Sequence record: NC_106721.1
DNA: 64,000 nt
Strand: one strand, 5' to 3'
Origin: Escherichia phage EC148
How positions within the stretch are numbered: position 1 is the stretch's first letter; each line of letters opens with the position of its first letter. This document shows positions 35,813-46,748 of the stretch, one piece after another. The notes under the pieces were generated by a model. That model saw nothing but the letters and a program-made list of their open reading frames with translations. It ran no database searches and was not told where the DNA came from. The position numbers and the translations under genes were made by a program.

Positions 35813-37285
35813 ATGACCTTGTTTAACGTGCAAGCTGTAGTGTTGAAGATGCTTCTAGCTTCCGAACAGAAGCAAATAGCATTGGAAACATTCTCAAAAC
35901 TGCATAAAGATCATTTTAATGACGCTTTCTCCTCAATTTACCAAGCCGTCCAGAATTATTATAAAAAATATAACACAATGCCGTCCATTGACGCACTTAT
36001 GCTTGAAGCTAATAGGAACGCCCGCCTTTCTCAAGCCCTAGTCGTCTTAGCTAACACTCAAATTCCAGAAGTGAGCATGGAACAGGCACTTGAAGTCCTA
36101 GAGGCCGAGTATACACAGGATTTATTCCTGAAGCTTCTAGAAACAGACGTGCTTCAAGATTTAACAATGCTGGATCAGGGAGAAATTCTCAACCGAGTTG
36201 CCTCCCTTCACTTAAAATTAGAAGAGAAAGTAACGAATACTGGAAAAGTATTCAACGCAGATAACATGCGTATTTTCCAGAGAGAAGAAGATACCAAACT
36301 GAACTTAATCGCTCTTGGTATTTGTAATGAGTTCGATGCTCAAATTGGTTTAGCTCGCACAGAAACGTTACTGCTTGGTGGTTGGCGTGGTACTGGTAAA
36401 TCCATTATCTGTTCAAACATACAGGTTCAGCAATATTTGAATGGAGATATTGCTCCATACTTCTCAATTGAGATGAAAGAACATGAAGTATTTAGACGTA
36501 ATCTAGCCATGTTAGCCGGGGTATCAGCACTAGCAATGCGTAATAATACTCTAGAAGGTGCAGCTCTATTGAGATTAGCCAGAACTAGAGCTAGAATGTT
36601 CAACGGGGGTGAAGAGCTTTTCGATAACTTCGTTAAACAGTATACAATGGCTAAGATGAGTGATTTCTACGATATGGAGAGTAAGCTAATAGAGGGGTAT
36701 GAACTACATACTCCTATGATTATCGTTTATGACCCTGAACTGTCCATTACAACAGTTGACGTAGAATTAAATAAATTAGTTGCTAGATATGGTGATAAAG
36801 TTACAGTAGCTTTACTGGACTATATTAACCAAACCCGACTTCCAGATTCTAAAACCATTGATATGTATGACTGGAAGGAACAGATGGTTGTTAGCTCGTC
36901 TTTCAAATCCATCTGCCAGAAACATAACGTGGCTGGCGTAGCTCCCTACCAGATCGATCAAGATGGTAGAACACGTATGTCAAAGGGGATTCTTGATTCC
37001 GCAGACATGGCTGCTAATCTTAATGCTGCTAAAGCTGATAATGGTCAAGGTGCTATTATGTTTGACTTTGTTAAGACTCGTTCTTCTGATAGCGTGAAGT
37101 TTATGCCTAAAATGAATTGGGAAACTCTGCGAATGGATAATACTACCAACCTAGCAATGGAAGATATATCTCAAATGGAAGCTGAGTTCGTTATCCCTAT
37201 TGAGAAGGATAAGCCGGCTCAACCTAAACGTTCTAAGAAAGACAAAACTGAAAATTCAACAGGTGAACAGGCCAGCGATATATGA
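35813..37285 (+). CDS. putative DnaB-like replicative helicase (RecA-fold ATPase)
   Basis: Walker A GGWRGTGKS; start set at MTLFNV with RBS AAGGAG because the longer ORF overlaps the upstream terminator. Confidence 0.5.
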   Translation: MTLFNVQAVVLKMLLASEQKQIALETFSKLHKDHFNDAFSSIYQAVQNYYKKYNTMPSIDALMLEANRNARLSQALVVLANTQIPEVSMEQALEVLEAEYTQDLFLKLLETDVLQDLTMLDQGEILNRVASLHLKLEEKVTNTGKVFNADNMRIFQREEDTKLNLIALGICNEFDAQIGLARTETLLLGGWRGTGKSIICSNIQVQQYLNGDIAPYFSIEMKEHEVFRRNLAMLAGVSALAMRNNTLEGAALLRLARTRARMFNGGEELFDNFVKQYTMAKMSDFYDMESKLIEGYELHTPMIIVYDPELSITTVDVELNKLVARYGDKVTVALLDYINQTRLPDSKTIDMYDWKEQMVVSSSFKSICQKHNVAGVAPYQIDQDGRTRMSKGILDSADMAANLNAAKADNGQGAIMFDFVKTRSSDSVKFMPKMNWETLRMDNTTNLAMEDISQMEAEFVIPIEKDKPAQPKRSKKDKTENSTGEQASDI

Positions 37286-38172
37286 GTAGAATAACAGAAC
37301 TACTTGATCTGAAAGGCATTGAATATAAAGACACAGGTGGGGACATCCTCATCTGTTGTCTCAATCCAGATCATGACGATAAACACCCAAGTTTGCGTAT
37401 TGATCCTGAAACAGGTATTATGCACTGCTTGAGTTGTGGCTTCGGTAAAGGTATACCGAGCATTTACCATTATTTTAATGAGACTCAGTACCGACAGTCT
37501 CCAAGACTATCGCAGGTACGTAAAAAGATTTCAGAGATTAGGAATGGATCTACAAATCTTGCAATTCCTGAATCTGCTTACCTTTTCGAAGGTGATTTCC
37601 GAGGTATAAGTTCTAAGACCTTGAAGAAATACTTTGCTTTCCAACACCAAGCAGACTGGGAAGGCAGAATTGTATTCCCAATCACAGATGCTGTTGGACG
37701 CAATATCCTATTTTTGGGTCGTTCTATAAACAGTTCTGCCCCTCCTAAATACTTAGTAAAACCAAAACAAGTTTCACCACCGATTTTCCCTGTACGATAT
37801 AATACTCCAGTTCTTATTCTAGTTGAAGGTATCTTTGATATGCTGAACCTAGAGGATAATGGTATAGACTATGCTTCTTGCTGCTTTGGTACACATCAGT
37901 TTACTTCAGATAACATTGCAGATAAGTTTAGCCCTTATATTATTGCTGGTGTAAAAGTTGTTGTTATCTTACTAGATAATGATGCTTCTGGTAATAAAGC
38001 TGCACAAGCGTTGGCCAAGCTAATTCGTACAAAAACGCGTTTAACACCTGTAGTGGCTAACTTTCTTCTACCCGAAGGTAAAGACCCTGGTGACTTAAAT
38101 AAAGAAGAAATTGATATGTTAGCAAAACGTATTGAAATTTTAGTTGCTGAATCGCTTAAAGATTTGGTATAA
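37282..38172 (+). CDS. DNA primase (zinc-finger plus Toprim)
   Basis: CHC2-type zinc finger (CCLNPDHDDKHP...HCLSCG), Toprim Glu (ILVEGIFD) and DxD (LLDNDASG). Confidence 0.8.
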   Translation: MSRITELLDLKGIEYKDTGGDILICCLNPDHDDKHPSLRIDPETGIMHCLSCGFGKGIPSIYHYFNETQYRQSPRLSQVRKKISEIRNGSTNLAIPESAYLFEGDFRGISSKTLKKYFAFQHQADWEGRIVFPITDAVGRNILFLGRSINSSAPPKYLVKPKQVSPPIFPVRYNTPVLILVEGIFDMLNLEDNGIDYASCCFGTHQFTSDNIADKFSPYIIAGVKVVVILLDNDASGNKAAQALAKLIRTKTRLTPVVANFLLPEGKDPGDLNKEEIDMLAKRIEILVAESLKDLV

Positions 38173-38234
38173 TATATTGGTAAGTTAGAGAAGAAACACT
38201 GAAGTTATACTTACTTACCAAGAGGAGATTAAAT

Positions 38235-40802
38235 TTGAAAATCGCAGTAGTTGATAAAGCTCTAAATAACACTCGTTACGATAAACATTTCCAGCTATAC
38301 GGCGAGGAAGTTGATGTATTTCATATGTGTAACGAGAAGTTATCTGGTCGTTTGCTTAAAAAGCACATTACTATTGGAACACCAGAAAATCCATTTGATC
38401 CGAATGATTACGATTTTGTTATACTAGTAGGTGCTGAACCTTTCCTGTATTTCGCAGGTAAGAAAGGCATTGGTGACTATACTGGTAAACGTGTAGAATA
38501 TAATGGATATGCTAACTGGATTGCAAGTATCAGCCCAGCCCAGTTACACTTTAAGCCTGAAATGAAACCAGTTTTCGATGCAACAGTAGAGAATATCCAC
38601 GATATTATCAATGGTCGTGAAAAGATTGCAAAAGCTGGTGATTACCGTCCTATTACTGACCCTGATGAGGCGGAAGAATATATCAAGATGGTGTATAATA
38701 TGGTTATCGGACCTGTCGCATTCGACTCCGAAACCTCAGCACTATACTGTCGAGATGGTTATCTGCTTGGTGTTTCTATATCTCACCAAGAGTATCAGGG
38801 TGTATATATCGATTCTGATTGTCTCACAGAGGTTGCAGTATATTATCTCCAGAAAATTCTGGATAGTGAAAACCACACTATTGTTTTTCACAACTTGAAG
38901 TTTGATATGCACTTTTATAAGTACCATCTGGGACTTACTTTTGATAAAGCACATAAAGAACGCAGGCTCCATGATACAATGTTGCAGCATTATGTTCTAG
39001 ATGAGCGTCGTGGTACTCATGGCTTGAAATCTCTAGCAATGAAGTATACCGATATGGGTGACTATGACTTTGAACTAGATAAGTTCAAAGATGATTACTG
39101 CAAAGCACATAAAATCAAGAAAGAAGATTTCACCTATGATTTAATTCCGTTTGATATTATGTGGCCTTACGCTGCAAAAGATACCGATGCCACCATACGC
39201 TTGCACAACTTCTTCTTACCAAAAATTGAGAAGAATGAAAAACTTTGCAGTCTGTATTATGATGTTCTAATGCCTGGTTGTGTATTTCTCCAGCGTGTTG
39301 AGGATCGTGGTGTACCAATTTCTATTGATCGCTTGAAAGAAGCTCAGTATCAGTTAACTCATAATCTGAATAAAGCTCGTGAGAAACTATATACTTATCC
39401 AGAAGTCGTTCAGCTAGAAAAAGATCAGAATGAAGCGTTTAATCCAAACTCTGTTAAGCAGCTACGTGTTCTTCTGTTTGATTATGTTGGCTTAACTCCA
39501 ACAGGTAAATTGACGGATACTGGAGCAGACTCTACAGATGCAGAAGCTCTGAACGAACTGGCTACGCAGCATCCAATTGCTAAGACTCTACTAGAGATTC
39601 GTAAGCTGACCAAGCTGATCTCTACTTATGTTGAGAAGATTCTTCTGAGTATTGATGCAGATGGTTGCATTCGTACTGGTTTCCACGAACATATGACTAC
39701 TTCTGGTCGTCTGAGTTCTTCTGGTAAACTGAACTTGCAACAGTTACCTCGTGATGAATCTATTATCAAGGGTTGTGTAGTAGCTCCTCCTGGGTATCGT
39801 GTAATCGCATGGGACTTAACAACTGCGGAAGTTTATTATGCTGCTGTTCTATCTGGGGATAGAAATATGCAACAGGTATTTATCAATATGAGAAATGAAC
39901 CTGATAAATACCCGGACTTCCACTCTAACATCGCACACATGGTATTTAAACTCCAATGCGAGCCTCGTGATGTTAAAAAGTTATTCCCAGCTCTGCGTCA
40001 GGCTGCTAAGGCAATTACCTTCGGTATTTTGTATGGTTCTGGCCCAGCTAAAGTAGCTCATTCTGTTAACGAAGCTCTTCTGGAACAGGCTGCTAAGACA
40101 GGAGAACCGTTTGTTGAATGTACTGTTGCGGATGCGAAGGACTATATCGAAACTTACTTCGGTCAGTTCCCACAGCTTAAGCGTTGGATTGATAAGTGCC
40201 ACGATCAGATTAAGAATCATGGATTTATCTATAGTCACTTTGGTCGTAAGCGTCGTCTGCACAATATCCACTCCGAAGACCGTGGTGTTCAGGGTGAAGA
40301 AATTCGTTCTGGATTTAACGCAATCATTCAGTCTGCTTCCTCTGATAGCCTCCTTTTAGGTGCTGTAGATGCAGATAATGAGATCATTTCTCTTGGCCTA
40401 GAACAAGAGATGAAGATTGTTATGCTGGTTCATGACTCCGTGGTTGCTATTGTTCGTGAGGATTTGATCGACCAATACAATGAAATCCTGATTCGTAATA
40501 TTCAGAAAGACCGTGGTATCAGTATTCCTGGCTGTCCGATTGGTATTGATTCAGATTCTGAAGCTGGAGGTTCTCGTGACTATTCTTGTGGTAAGATGAA
40601 GAAACAGCACCCATCAATCGCTTGTATTGATGATGATGAATATACTCGTTATGTCAAGAGTGTATTACTTGATGCAGAGTTCGAGTATAAGAAACTAGCT
40701 GCAATGGATAAAGAGCATCCAGATCATAGCAAATACAAGGATGATAAGTTTATTGCTGTATGTAAAGATTTGGATAACGTAAGAAGGATTCTCGGTGCTT
40801 GA
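38235..40802 (+). CDS. DNA polymerase, family A
   Basis: Motif B KAITFGILYG and motif C LVHDSVV; TTG start after AGGAG; 855 aa, the size recalled for T5 polymerase. Confidence 0.9.
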   Translation: MKIAVVDKALNNTRYDKHFQLYGEEVDVFHMCNEKLSGRLLKKHITIGTPENPFDPNDYDFVILVGAEPFLYFAGKKGIGDYTGKRVEYNGYANWIASISPAQLHFKPEMKPVFDATVENIHDIINGREKIAKAGDYRPITDPDEAEEYIKMVYNMVIGPVAFDSETSALYCRDGYLLGVSISHQEYQGVYIDSDCLTEVAVYYLQKILDSENHTIVFHNLKFDMHFYKYHLGLTFDKAHKERRLHDTMLQHYVLDERRGTHGLKSLAMKYTDMGDYDFELDKFKDDYCKAHKIKKEDFTYDLIPFDIMWPYAAKDTDATIRLHNFFLPKIEKNEKLCSLYYDVLMPGCVFLQRVEDRGVPISIDRLKEAQYQLTHNLNKAREKLYTYPEVVQLEKDQNEAFNPNSVKQLRVLLFDYVGLTPTGKLTDTGADSTDAEALNELATQHPIAKTLLEIRKLTKLISTYVEKILLSIDADGCIRTGFHEHMTTSGRLSSSGKLNLQQLPRDESIIKGCVVAPPGYRVIAWDLTTAEVYYAAVLSGDRNMQQVFINMRNEPDKYPDFHSNIAHMVFKLQCEPRDVKKLFPALRQAAKAITFGILYGSGPAKVAHSVNEALLEQAAKTGEPFVECTVADAKDYIETYFGQFPQLKRWIDKCHDQIKNHGFIYSHFGRKRRLHNIHSEDRGVQGEEIRSGFNAIIQSASSDSLLLGAVDADNEIISLGLEQEMKIVMLVHDSVVAIVREDLIDQYNEILIRNIQKDRGISIPGCPIGIDSDSEAGGSRDYSCGKMKKQHPSIACIDDDEYTRYVKSVLLDAEFEYKKLAAMDKEHPDHSKYKDDKFIAVCKDLDNVRRILGA

Positions 40803-41292
40803 TTTCAAATTGCCCGTCTATGCGTTACGGGCGTTTGTATCAATTGAGCAAGAAGGTGATTATTCCGTAATTACAACAAGATATAATAAATATGTGCTAG
40901 ATAACAGGAAGTTGCCTGGCACGTTTTCTCAACGTAGGCTCATTCTATTTGAGAAACGGAAAGAATTACCGTACAAGCTCTATCCTATTAGAGGTAGAAT
41001 ATCAATGTTGTCCCAATTAGTTGGGTCAAAGCGTAGCCAATTTATAGATTCTGATGGAAATCTTATTAATTGGAAGAAAACTACGTTCTATGATGTTGTT
41101 ACCTCTAAAGTTTTGAATTCAGCTAGAATTTATAACGGAAAATACCAATGCTATGTAGCTAAAGTTCCATACCCATTTGTATTATCCTATGTTCCAGCTT
41201 ATATAAGCTATATTCTGGTAAATAATAGCCCTGTTATTTATCAAGTCCATCAAGAGGAGCCTGAAATTCCTAGACTTAGAATAAAATTATGA
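40795..41292 (+). CDS. hypothetical protein, 165 aa
   Basis: ORF between polymerase and helicase. Confidence 0.45.
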   Translation: MLDFKLPVYALRAFVSIEQEGDYSVITTRYNKYVLDNRKLPGTFSQRRLILFEKRKELPYKLYPIRGRISMLSQLVGSKRSQFIDSDGNLINWKKTTFYDVVTSKVLNSARIYNGKYQCYVAKVPYPFVLSYVPAYISYILVNNSPVIYQVHQEEPEIPRLRIKL

Positions 41293-42641
41293 AGGTTGTT
41301 ATATCTAATAAAGCCTATTTCAAGCCCGATGATGAACTTTGGGATTATTGTAGTAAGCAAACCACTTATCACATAGAGACAATGACTAGTAAATACCCTA
41401 TTATGTATAAGAATAGTGGTGTTGTTGCTAAAGAGATTAAGTGGATTCCTATCACGCGTCTGGATTTATTAGATGCTAAAGGAGTAAAATACGAATTAGT
41501 AGATAAACGTACATTAGCTCCGGTAGATATACCAAAACCTAAGTTCAAGCTGCGTGAAGAAGACCAGCTCCCAATATATGAAGAGTGCGATGATACCTGT
41601 ATTATTAATGGTAAGCCTGGGTTTGGTAAAACTATCCTAGCCCTTGCACTTGCGTATAAATTTGGCCAGAAAACTTTGGTAATCTGTACGAATACATCCA
41701 TTCGTGAAATGTGGGCAGCAGAAGTTCGTAAATGGTTTGGGTTTGAACCGGGCATTATAGGTTCTGGGAAATACAATATTGATCCACCAATTGTAGTCAG
41801 TAATATTCAAACAGTGAATAAACATGCGAATAATCTTTCTAAAGTATTCGGTACTGTTATAGTTGATGAAGTTCACCATTGTGTGGCTACAACTTTCACC
41901 AACTTCCTAGAAATATCATGTGCTCGCTATAAGATTGGACTATCTGGAACATTAAAACGGAAAGATGGTCTACAAGTTATGTTCAAAGATTTCTTTGGAT
42001 ATAAGATCTTTAGCCCACCGGTTAATAATACTGTTGCACCTACAATCCATAGGTACTCCGTGCCTGTTGAGTTATCAGGAAACCAAAACGTACCATGGGC
42101 ATTACGTGCTAATGATGTGTATAACCATCCTGAATATCGAGAGACTATTATAAACTTAGCACACTTATACGTGAATATGGGGCATAAAGTACTCATTGTA
42201 AGTGACAGAACAGAGTTAATCCAAACAGTACTAGAAGCTCTCGCACAGCGTGGTGTTACAACATATGAAATTATAGGGGCAACCCACTTGGATGACCGAT
42301 TAAAAATTCAGGAAAATATAGCAAAAGGTGGGCCTTGTGTACTTGCAGCAGCTCAAAGTATCTTCTCTGAAGGTATTTCCCTTAATGAGCTATCTTGTTT
42401 AATAATGGGGAGTCTCATTAATAATGAATCTCTCATTGAACAGCTTGCAGGACGTGTTCAACGTATTGTCGATGGTAAACTCGACCCTATTGTTGTAGAT
42501 CTAATTATGAAAGGTGGCACTGGACTAAGACAGGCTTCTGGACGTATGGCAGTATATCGTAACAACGGGTGGAAAACTATTACCATGACTCCTGAGAAAG
42601 CAGTTCAATTAGCTAAAATTGCATTTGGCAACAGCTCATAA
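41289..42641 (+). CDS. SF2 DNA helicase
   Basis: Walker A GKPGFGKT and DEVH box (VDEVHH). Confidence 0.8.
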   Translation: MKVVISNKAYFKPDDELWDYCSKQTTYHIETMTSKYPIMYKNSGVVAKEIKWIPITRLDLLDAKGVKYELVDKRTLAPVDIPKPKFKLREEDQLPIYEECDDTCIINGKPGFGKTILALALAYKFGQKTLVICTNTSIREMWAAEVRKWFGFEPGIIGSGKYNIDPPIVVSNIQTVNKHANNLSKVFGTVIVDEVHHCVATTFTNFLEISCARYKIGLSGTLKRKDGLQVMFKDFFGYKIFSPPVNNTVAPTIHRYSVPVELSGNQNVPWALRANDVYNHPEYRETIINLAHLYVNMGHKVLIVSDRTELIQTVLEALAQRGVTTYEIIGATHLDDRLKIQENIAKGGPCVLAAAQSIFSEGISLNELSCLIMGSLINNESLIEQLAGRVQRIVDGKLDPIVVDLIMKGGTGLRQASGRMAVYRNNGWKTITMTPEKAVQLAKIAFGNSS

Positions 42642-42653
42642 ATGATGTATAAT
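42625..42653 (+). promoter_or_regulatory. sigma70-type promoter (plus)
   Basis: -35 TTGGCA / 17 nt / -10 TATAAT. Confidence 0.5.
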
Positions 42654-42724
42654 ATATACATAAATTTGAGAGAGAAAGTTTCGGATTGATAAGAAAGTCC
42701 GAAGCAGAAAAATAAAAATTTTAG

Positions 42725-42754
42725 TTGCTAAATTCTCTCGAAATCTAGTATAAT
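42725..42754 (+). promoter_or_regulatory. sigma70-type promoter (plus)
   Basis: -35 TTGCTA / 18 nt / -10 TATAAT. Confidence 0.55.
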
Positions 42755-42861
42755 ATATACATAAATTCGAGGAGAAAACAAAAATTAAATTCTTCGATTA
42801 TGAAAAGCTATACTTACTAGCTAGAGGAAATTCCGACCTAATTATCAAGCTATTCAAAAGA

Positions 42862-43146
42862 ATGCTTACAGAGCCTGATGCTCATCAATTATTGGTCGGT
42901 TCCTCATTCATTTTGAATGAATCAACAATAGTTGATAATCCAAATAAATTGTCTAATAGACAACTGGCAGAATATCTAGGAATTTTAAGTCTACGAAATT
43001 ATGCCGAATACAAGTTTACAAACGATCCTAGTTTGGACATACAATATGTTCCAGTATGGATACCACGTTTAGTAATCGACACTAACCCACTAATCGCAAT
43101 TAACAAATCGAAATTAATCTTTAAAGAGGAAATAAAATATGGCTAA
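42862..43146 (+). CDS. hypothetical protein
   Basis: ORF downstream of promoters 42625-42653 and 42725-42754. Confidence 0.4.
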   Translation: MLTEPDAHQLLVGSSFILNESTIVDNPNKLSNRQLAEYLGILSLRNYAEYKFTNDPSLDIQYVPVWIPRLVIDTNPLIAINKSKLIFKEEIKYG

Positions 43147-43912
43147 GTCTTGGGGCGAAACTACTGGCGGTTCTAACGATAAAATCGAATTCCTGAAGTT
43201 CAACAACGGTATCACTCGTGTTCGTATCGTTTCTGGTGTTCTTCCACGTTATGTCTATTGGCTGACTAATAAAGAGGGTAACGTAGCTCCTTTCGAATGT
43301 CTCCGTTTTAACCGTGACAAAGAGAGCTTTGTTCGTGGTAAAGCTGATCCGGTTCATGAGATGGGCTTCTTCGAGAAAGAGCTGGATAAAGATGGTAATC
43401 GTGTTCCGCTGAAACCGAAGAAAAACTATATCGCTTTTGTTATCGACCGTTCTGATAACAAACTGAAAGTAATGGAAGTCAAGGCTACTATTCTGAAAGG
43501 CATCCAGTCTATCATGAAGCAGCTGAGCCTGGCAACTCCGTTTGATATTGATATTTCTATCGAGAAAAAAGGTAAAGGTTTCGATACTGAGTATGATGTA
43601 CAGCAGATTGCTGCTATGCAGTTCCAGATTAAGCTGCAAGATCCTAACAGTGCAGAATCTAAGCAATATGCTGCAGATGTAGATCTGATCGGTGAAGCTA
43701 TGTGTGATGAAGATGGCGACATCATTAAGTTCGAAAAAGTTCCTTCTCTGGAACAAACCTATCCGGTTCCTACCTATGAAGAGCAGAAAGAAGCAATTCT
43801 AGCCTTCATGGAAGGTCGTGAGAATAAAGATGATGATGCCAAATCTGGTAATAGCAATGCAGGCTCCCAGAAAGGTATTGACACAGAAGCTGCAAGCGAT
43901 CTGGATGACTAA
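43139..43912 (+). CDS. putative ssDNA-binding protein (acidic C-terminal tail), translation-optimised codons
   Basis: Acidic C-terminus (...DTEAASDLDD), strong codon bias, position in replication module; functional call is inference. Confidence 0.4.
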   Translation: MAKSWGETTGGSNDKIEFLKFNNGITRVRIVSGVLPRYVYWLTNKEGNVAPFECLRFNRDKESFVRGKADPVHEMGFFEKELDKDGNRVPLKPKKNYIAFVIDRSDNKLKVMEVKATILKGIQSIMKQLSLATPFDIDISIEKKGKGFDTEYDVQQIAAMQFQIKLQDPNSAESKQYAADVDLIGEAMCDEDGDIIKFEKVPSLEQTYPVPTYEEQKEAILAFMEGRENKDDDAKSGNSNAGSQKGIDTEAASDLDD

Positions 43913-43917
43913 TAAAT

Positions 43918-43946
43918 AGAGGGGCTTCGGCCCCTTTCTTTTTAAC
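43918..43946 (+). terminator. rho-independent terminator after the SSB-like gene
   Basis: GAGGGGCTTCGGCCCCT hairpin followed by TTCTTTTT. Confidence 0.7.
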
Positions 43947-43948
43947 CA

Positions 43949-44926
43949 ATGAGAATATTATTTAGTGCTGATCATCATATCAAACTAGGACAAGATAAAG
44001 TTCCAAAGGAATGGCAGAAGCGTCGCTTCCTGATGCTAGGAGAACGGTTAAATGATATATTCCATAATCATAACTGTGATCTTCATATTGCTGGTGGTGA
44101 TATACTTGATGTTGCCGACCCGTCGTCAGAAGAAATAGAACTGCTTGAACAGTTCATGTCAAGACTTGACCATCCAGGCAAAATCTTTACTGGAAATCAT
44201 GAAATGTTAACGAAAACCATTTCATGTCTATATCATTATGCAGGAGTTATTAATAAAGTAACGAGTGGTAAGTGGGAAGTAATTACCAAACCATATCGTT
44301 CCCCTGAATTTGATATTGTTCCATATGACGAAATCCATAAATCTAAGTGGAAACCATCTGAATCAAAACTATGTTTCACGCATGTTCGTGGTGAAATCCC
44401 TCCACATGTAAAACCAGAAATTGATCTAACTAAGTACAACTGTTATGATACTGTAATTGCTGGCGATTTACATTCTTATACTAATAGCCAGACTATCGGA
44501 TCTACTAGACTCCTCTACCCAGGGTCTCCATTAACTACATCGTTCCATAGAGAACGCACAAAAGGTACAAATGGTTGCTTTATCGTTGATACCGACACAT
44601 TAAAAGTAGAATGGATTGAACTCGGTGATTTACCACAACTGATTCGTAAAACAATCGGAGCTGGTGAAGAGATGGAACCTAGTGATTATGATCGTGTAGT
44701 CTATGAAGTTACTGGTGACGTTGTTCAATTAAAGTCTATCAAAGACTCTGATTTATTAGATAAGAAGATTAACCATCGAGTTACTAAAGACGCTAAGTTA
44801 AATCTTGTTGATCTTGATATGTTAGGCGAACTTGAACTTTACTTCCGTGAAGTTGAGAAGCTATCTCAAGGCGACATTGATAGAATCTTGGCTAGAGCTG
44901 CGAAATATGTCAAAGATTACAATTAA
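43949..44926 (+). CDS. SbcD/Mre11-like nuclease
   Basis: Calcineurin-like phosphoesterase motifs (ADHH, GGDILD, GNHE). Confidence 0.8.
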   Translation: MRILFSADHHIKLGQDKVPKEWQKRRFLMLGERLNDIFHNHNCDLHIAGGDILDVADPSSEEIELLEQFMSRLDHPGKIFTGNHEMLTKTISCLYHYAGVINKVTSGKWEVITKPYRSPEFDIVPYDEIHKSKWKPSESKLCFTHVRGEIPPHVKPEIDLTKYNCYDTVIAGDLHSYTNSQTIGSTRLLYPGSPLTTSFHRERTKGTNGCFIVDTDTLKVEWIELGDLPQLIRKTIGAGEEMEPSDYDRVVYEVTGDVVQLKSIKDSDLLDKKINHRVTKDAKLNLVDLDMLGELELYFREVEKLSQGDIDRILARAAKYVKDYN

Positions 44927-46745
44927 GACACTAAAATTTAGTAACGTTATGTCTTACGGTAAGGACATCGTAATTCATCTCGATAAGAATCCCGTTACTC
45001 AACTAATCGGGGGCAATGGGCTAGGGAAATCTACAATTGCTACTGTTATTGAAGAACTATTCTATAATAAGAACTCACGCGGTATTAAGAAAGATGCTCT
45101 GTTCTCTTGGTCTTCTCCGAAAAAAGAATACGATATGCACGCTTATTTCTCGAAAGATGAGGATGAGTATGAACTGCATAAAGTAGTTAAGTCAACTGCT
45201 AAAGTAACTCTTATTAAGAATGGGGAAGATATTAGTGGACACACGGCAACCCAAACATACAAGATGATTGAAGAAATTATGGGTGGTGACTTCCAAACAT
45301 TCACCAAACTGATTTATCAATCGGTGGGCTCCAATCTAGACTTTCTAAAAGCAACGGATGCAACACGTAAGGCTTTTCTTGTTAACTTGTTCAATCAAGA
45401 ACAGTATAAAGAAATGTCAGAAACTATTAAGGCTGACCGTAAAGAAATAGCAAATACCTTAAACAATTTGCAAGGCCAAATGGCTGTAATTACGAAAATC
45501 CTTAATGGAAAGAATAATCTAGGAACTCTACAGGAACCTGTAGAAGTACCGGAGTTTGATGAAGAACCATTAGCACAAGAACTTACTGAATCGAAAATTA
45601 AGGCGGCATTAGCCAAGTCTCAAGAGGCTAATATTACTAAATTGCGTAATTTGGACAAAGCTGTACAAGTTGCCGAACAATCTTTCGAACCTTTCAAAAA
45701 TTTACCCGCGCCCACCGACCAAAACGAAGAGATCTCAAGTGTTACGCGTGACCTAACGATTGTGACCTCACGTGCGGGTGAAGTTAAGAAACGTTATCAG
45801 AAGTTCAAGCAAGAGGCTTCAAATACTGAATGTCCTACTTGTGGTACTCATCTGGATACAACTGCCGCTCAAAAAGCAATGGATATGGCTAGAACAGAAT
45901 ATGATCCTCTGTTCAAAGAGAAGCAATCTCTTGAAGCTAAGCTAGAACAGTTGAGGAAAGAACAACTTGAGTACGTTGCGTATATTAGAGCAAAGGATGC
46001 CTTGGATAAAGCAGTGGTAGCTAGGGACGAGTTCAAAAATTCAATGAGTGATGCTTCTTTTGAAGAACTCAATGTGCAAATCCTACAGGTGCAAATCCGA
46101 CAATTAGAACAGGAAATCGCTGATGGACGTTCTAAGGTTGCAATTGCCAAAGAGCATAATGCAAATGTCGAATTAGCCAATGCAAAATATAAAGCGAAAC
46201 TAGAACAGATTGAGAAAGCTGAAGCAGAAATGTCCGAGATTACTTCCAAATTAAATGAAGTATCAGAAGCTGTTGCTGATCTCGATATTCTGATTGCTGC
46301 ATTGAAGAATTTAGTAGGATATAAACTAGAGCATAGTGTGAAAGTATTTGAAGAACTAATTAATAAATACCTTTCTATTATGACTGGCGGTAAATTCGCA
46401 CTTGGATTTGAACTTGATGAAACAAAATTACAAGTAGTAATCTTCAATGATGGAAATCGTACCAGTATGGAGAACTGCTCTACTGGTCAACAGAGTCGAA
46501 TTAACCTAGCAACCCTGTTAGCTATTCGGATGCTGTTAACATCTATTAGTAAAGTTAATATTAATCTTCTATTCCTTGATGAAGTAATTAGCTTTATTGA
46601 TACGAAAGGACTTGACACTCTTGTTGAATTATTAAACGAGGAAGAAAGTCTAAATTCTATCATTGTTTCTCATGGGCATACGCATCCACTAGCTCATAAG
46701 ATTACTGTCAAAAAAGATGCAGAAGGATTTTCCTACTTAGAATAA
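44907..46745 (+). CDS. SbcC/Rad50-like ATPase
   Basis: Walker A GGNGLGKST, long coiled coil, C-terminal LLFLDEVISFID; start set at MSKITIK. Confidence 0.8.
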   Translation: MSKITIKTLKFSNVMSYGKDIVIHLDKNPVTQLIGGNGLGKSTIATVIEELFYNKNSRGIKKDALFSWSSPKKEYDMHAYFSKDEDEYELHKVVKSTAKVTLIKNGEDISGHTATQTYKMIEEIMGGDFQTFTKLIYQSVGSNLDFLKATDATRKAFLVNLFNQEQYKEMSETIKADRKEIANTLNNLQGQMAVITKILNGKNNLGTLQEPVEVPEFDEEPLAQELTESKIKAALAKSQEANITKLRNLDKAVQVAEQSFEPFKNLPAPTDQNEEISSVTRDLTIVTSRAGEVKKRYQKFKQEASNTECPTCGTHLDTTAAQKAMDMARTEYDPLFKEKQSLEAKLEQLRKEQLEYVAYIRAKDALDKAVVARDEFKNSMSDASFEELNVQILQVQIRQLEQEIADGRSKVAIAKEHNANVELANAKYKAKLEQIEKAEAEMSEITSKLNEVSEAVADLDILIAALKNLVGYKLEHSVKVFEELINKYLSIMTGGKFALGFELDETKLQVVIFNDGNRTSMENCSTGQQSRINLATLLAIRMLLTSISKVNINLLFLDEVISFIDTKGLDTLVELLNEEESLNSIIVSHGHTHPLAHKITVKKDAEGFSYLE

Positions 46746-46748
46746 AAC

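Noticed and set aside
43121-43756. 211-aa minus-strand ORF and 43426-43725 ORF
   Set aside because: Antisense to the highly codon-biased SSB-like gene
45869-46447. 192-aa minus-strand ORF
   Set aside because: Antisense within the SbcC-like gene; Ser/Ala-rich low-complexity translation
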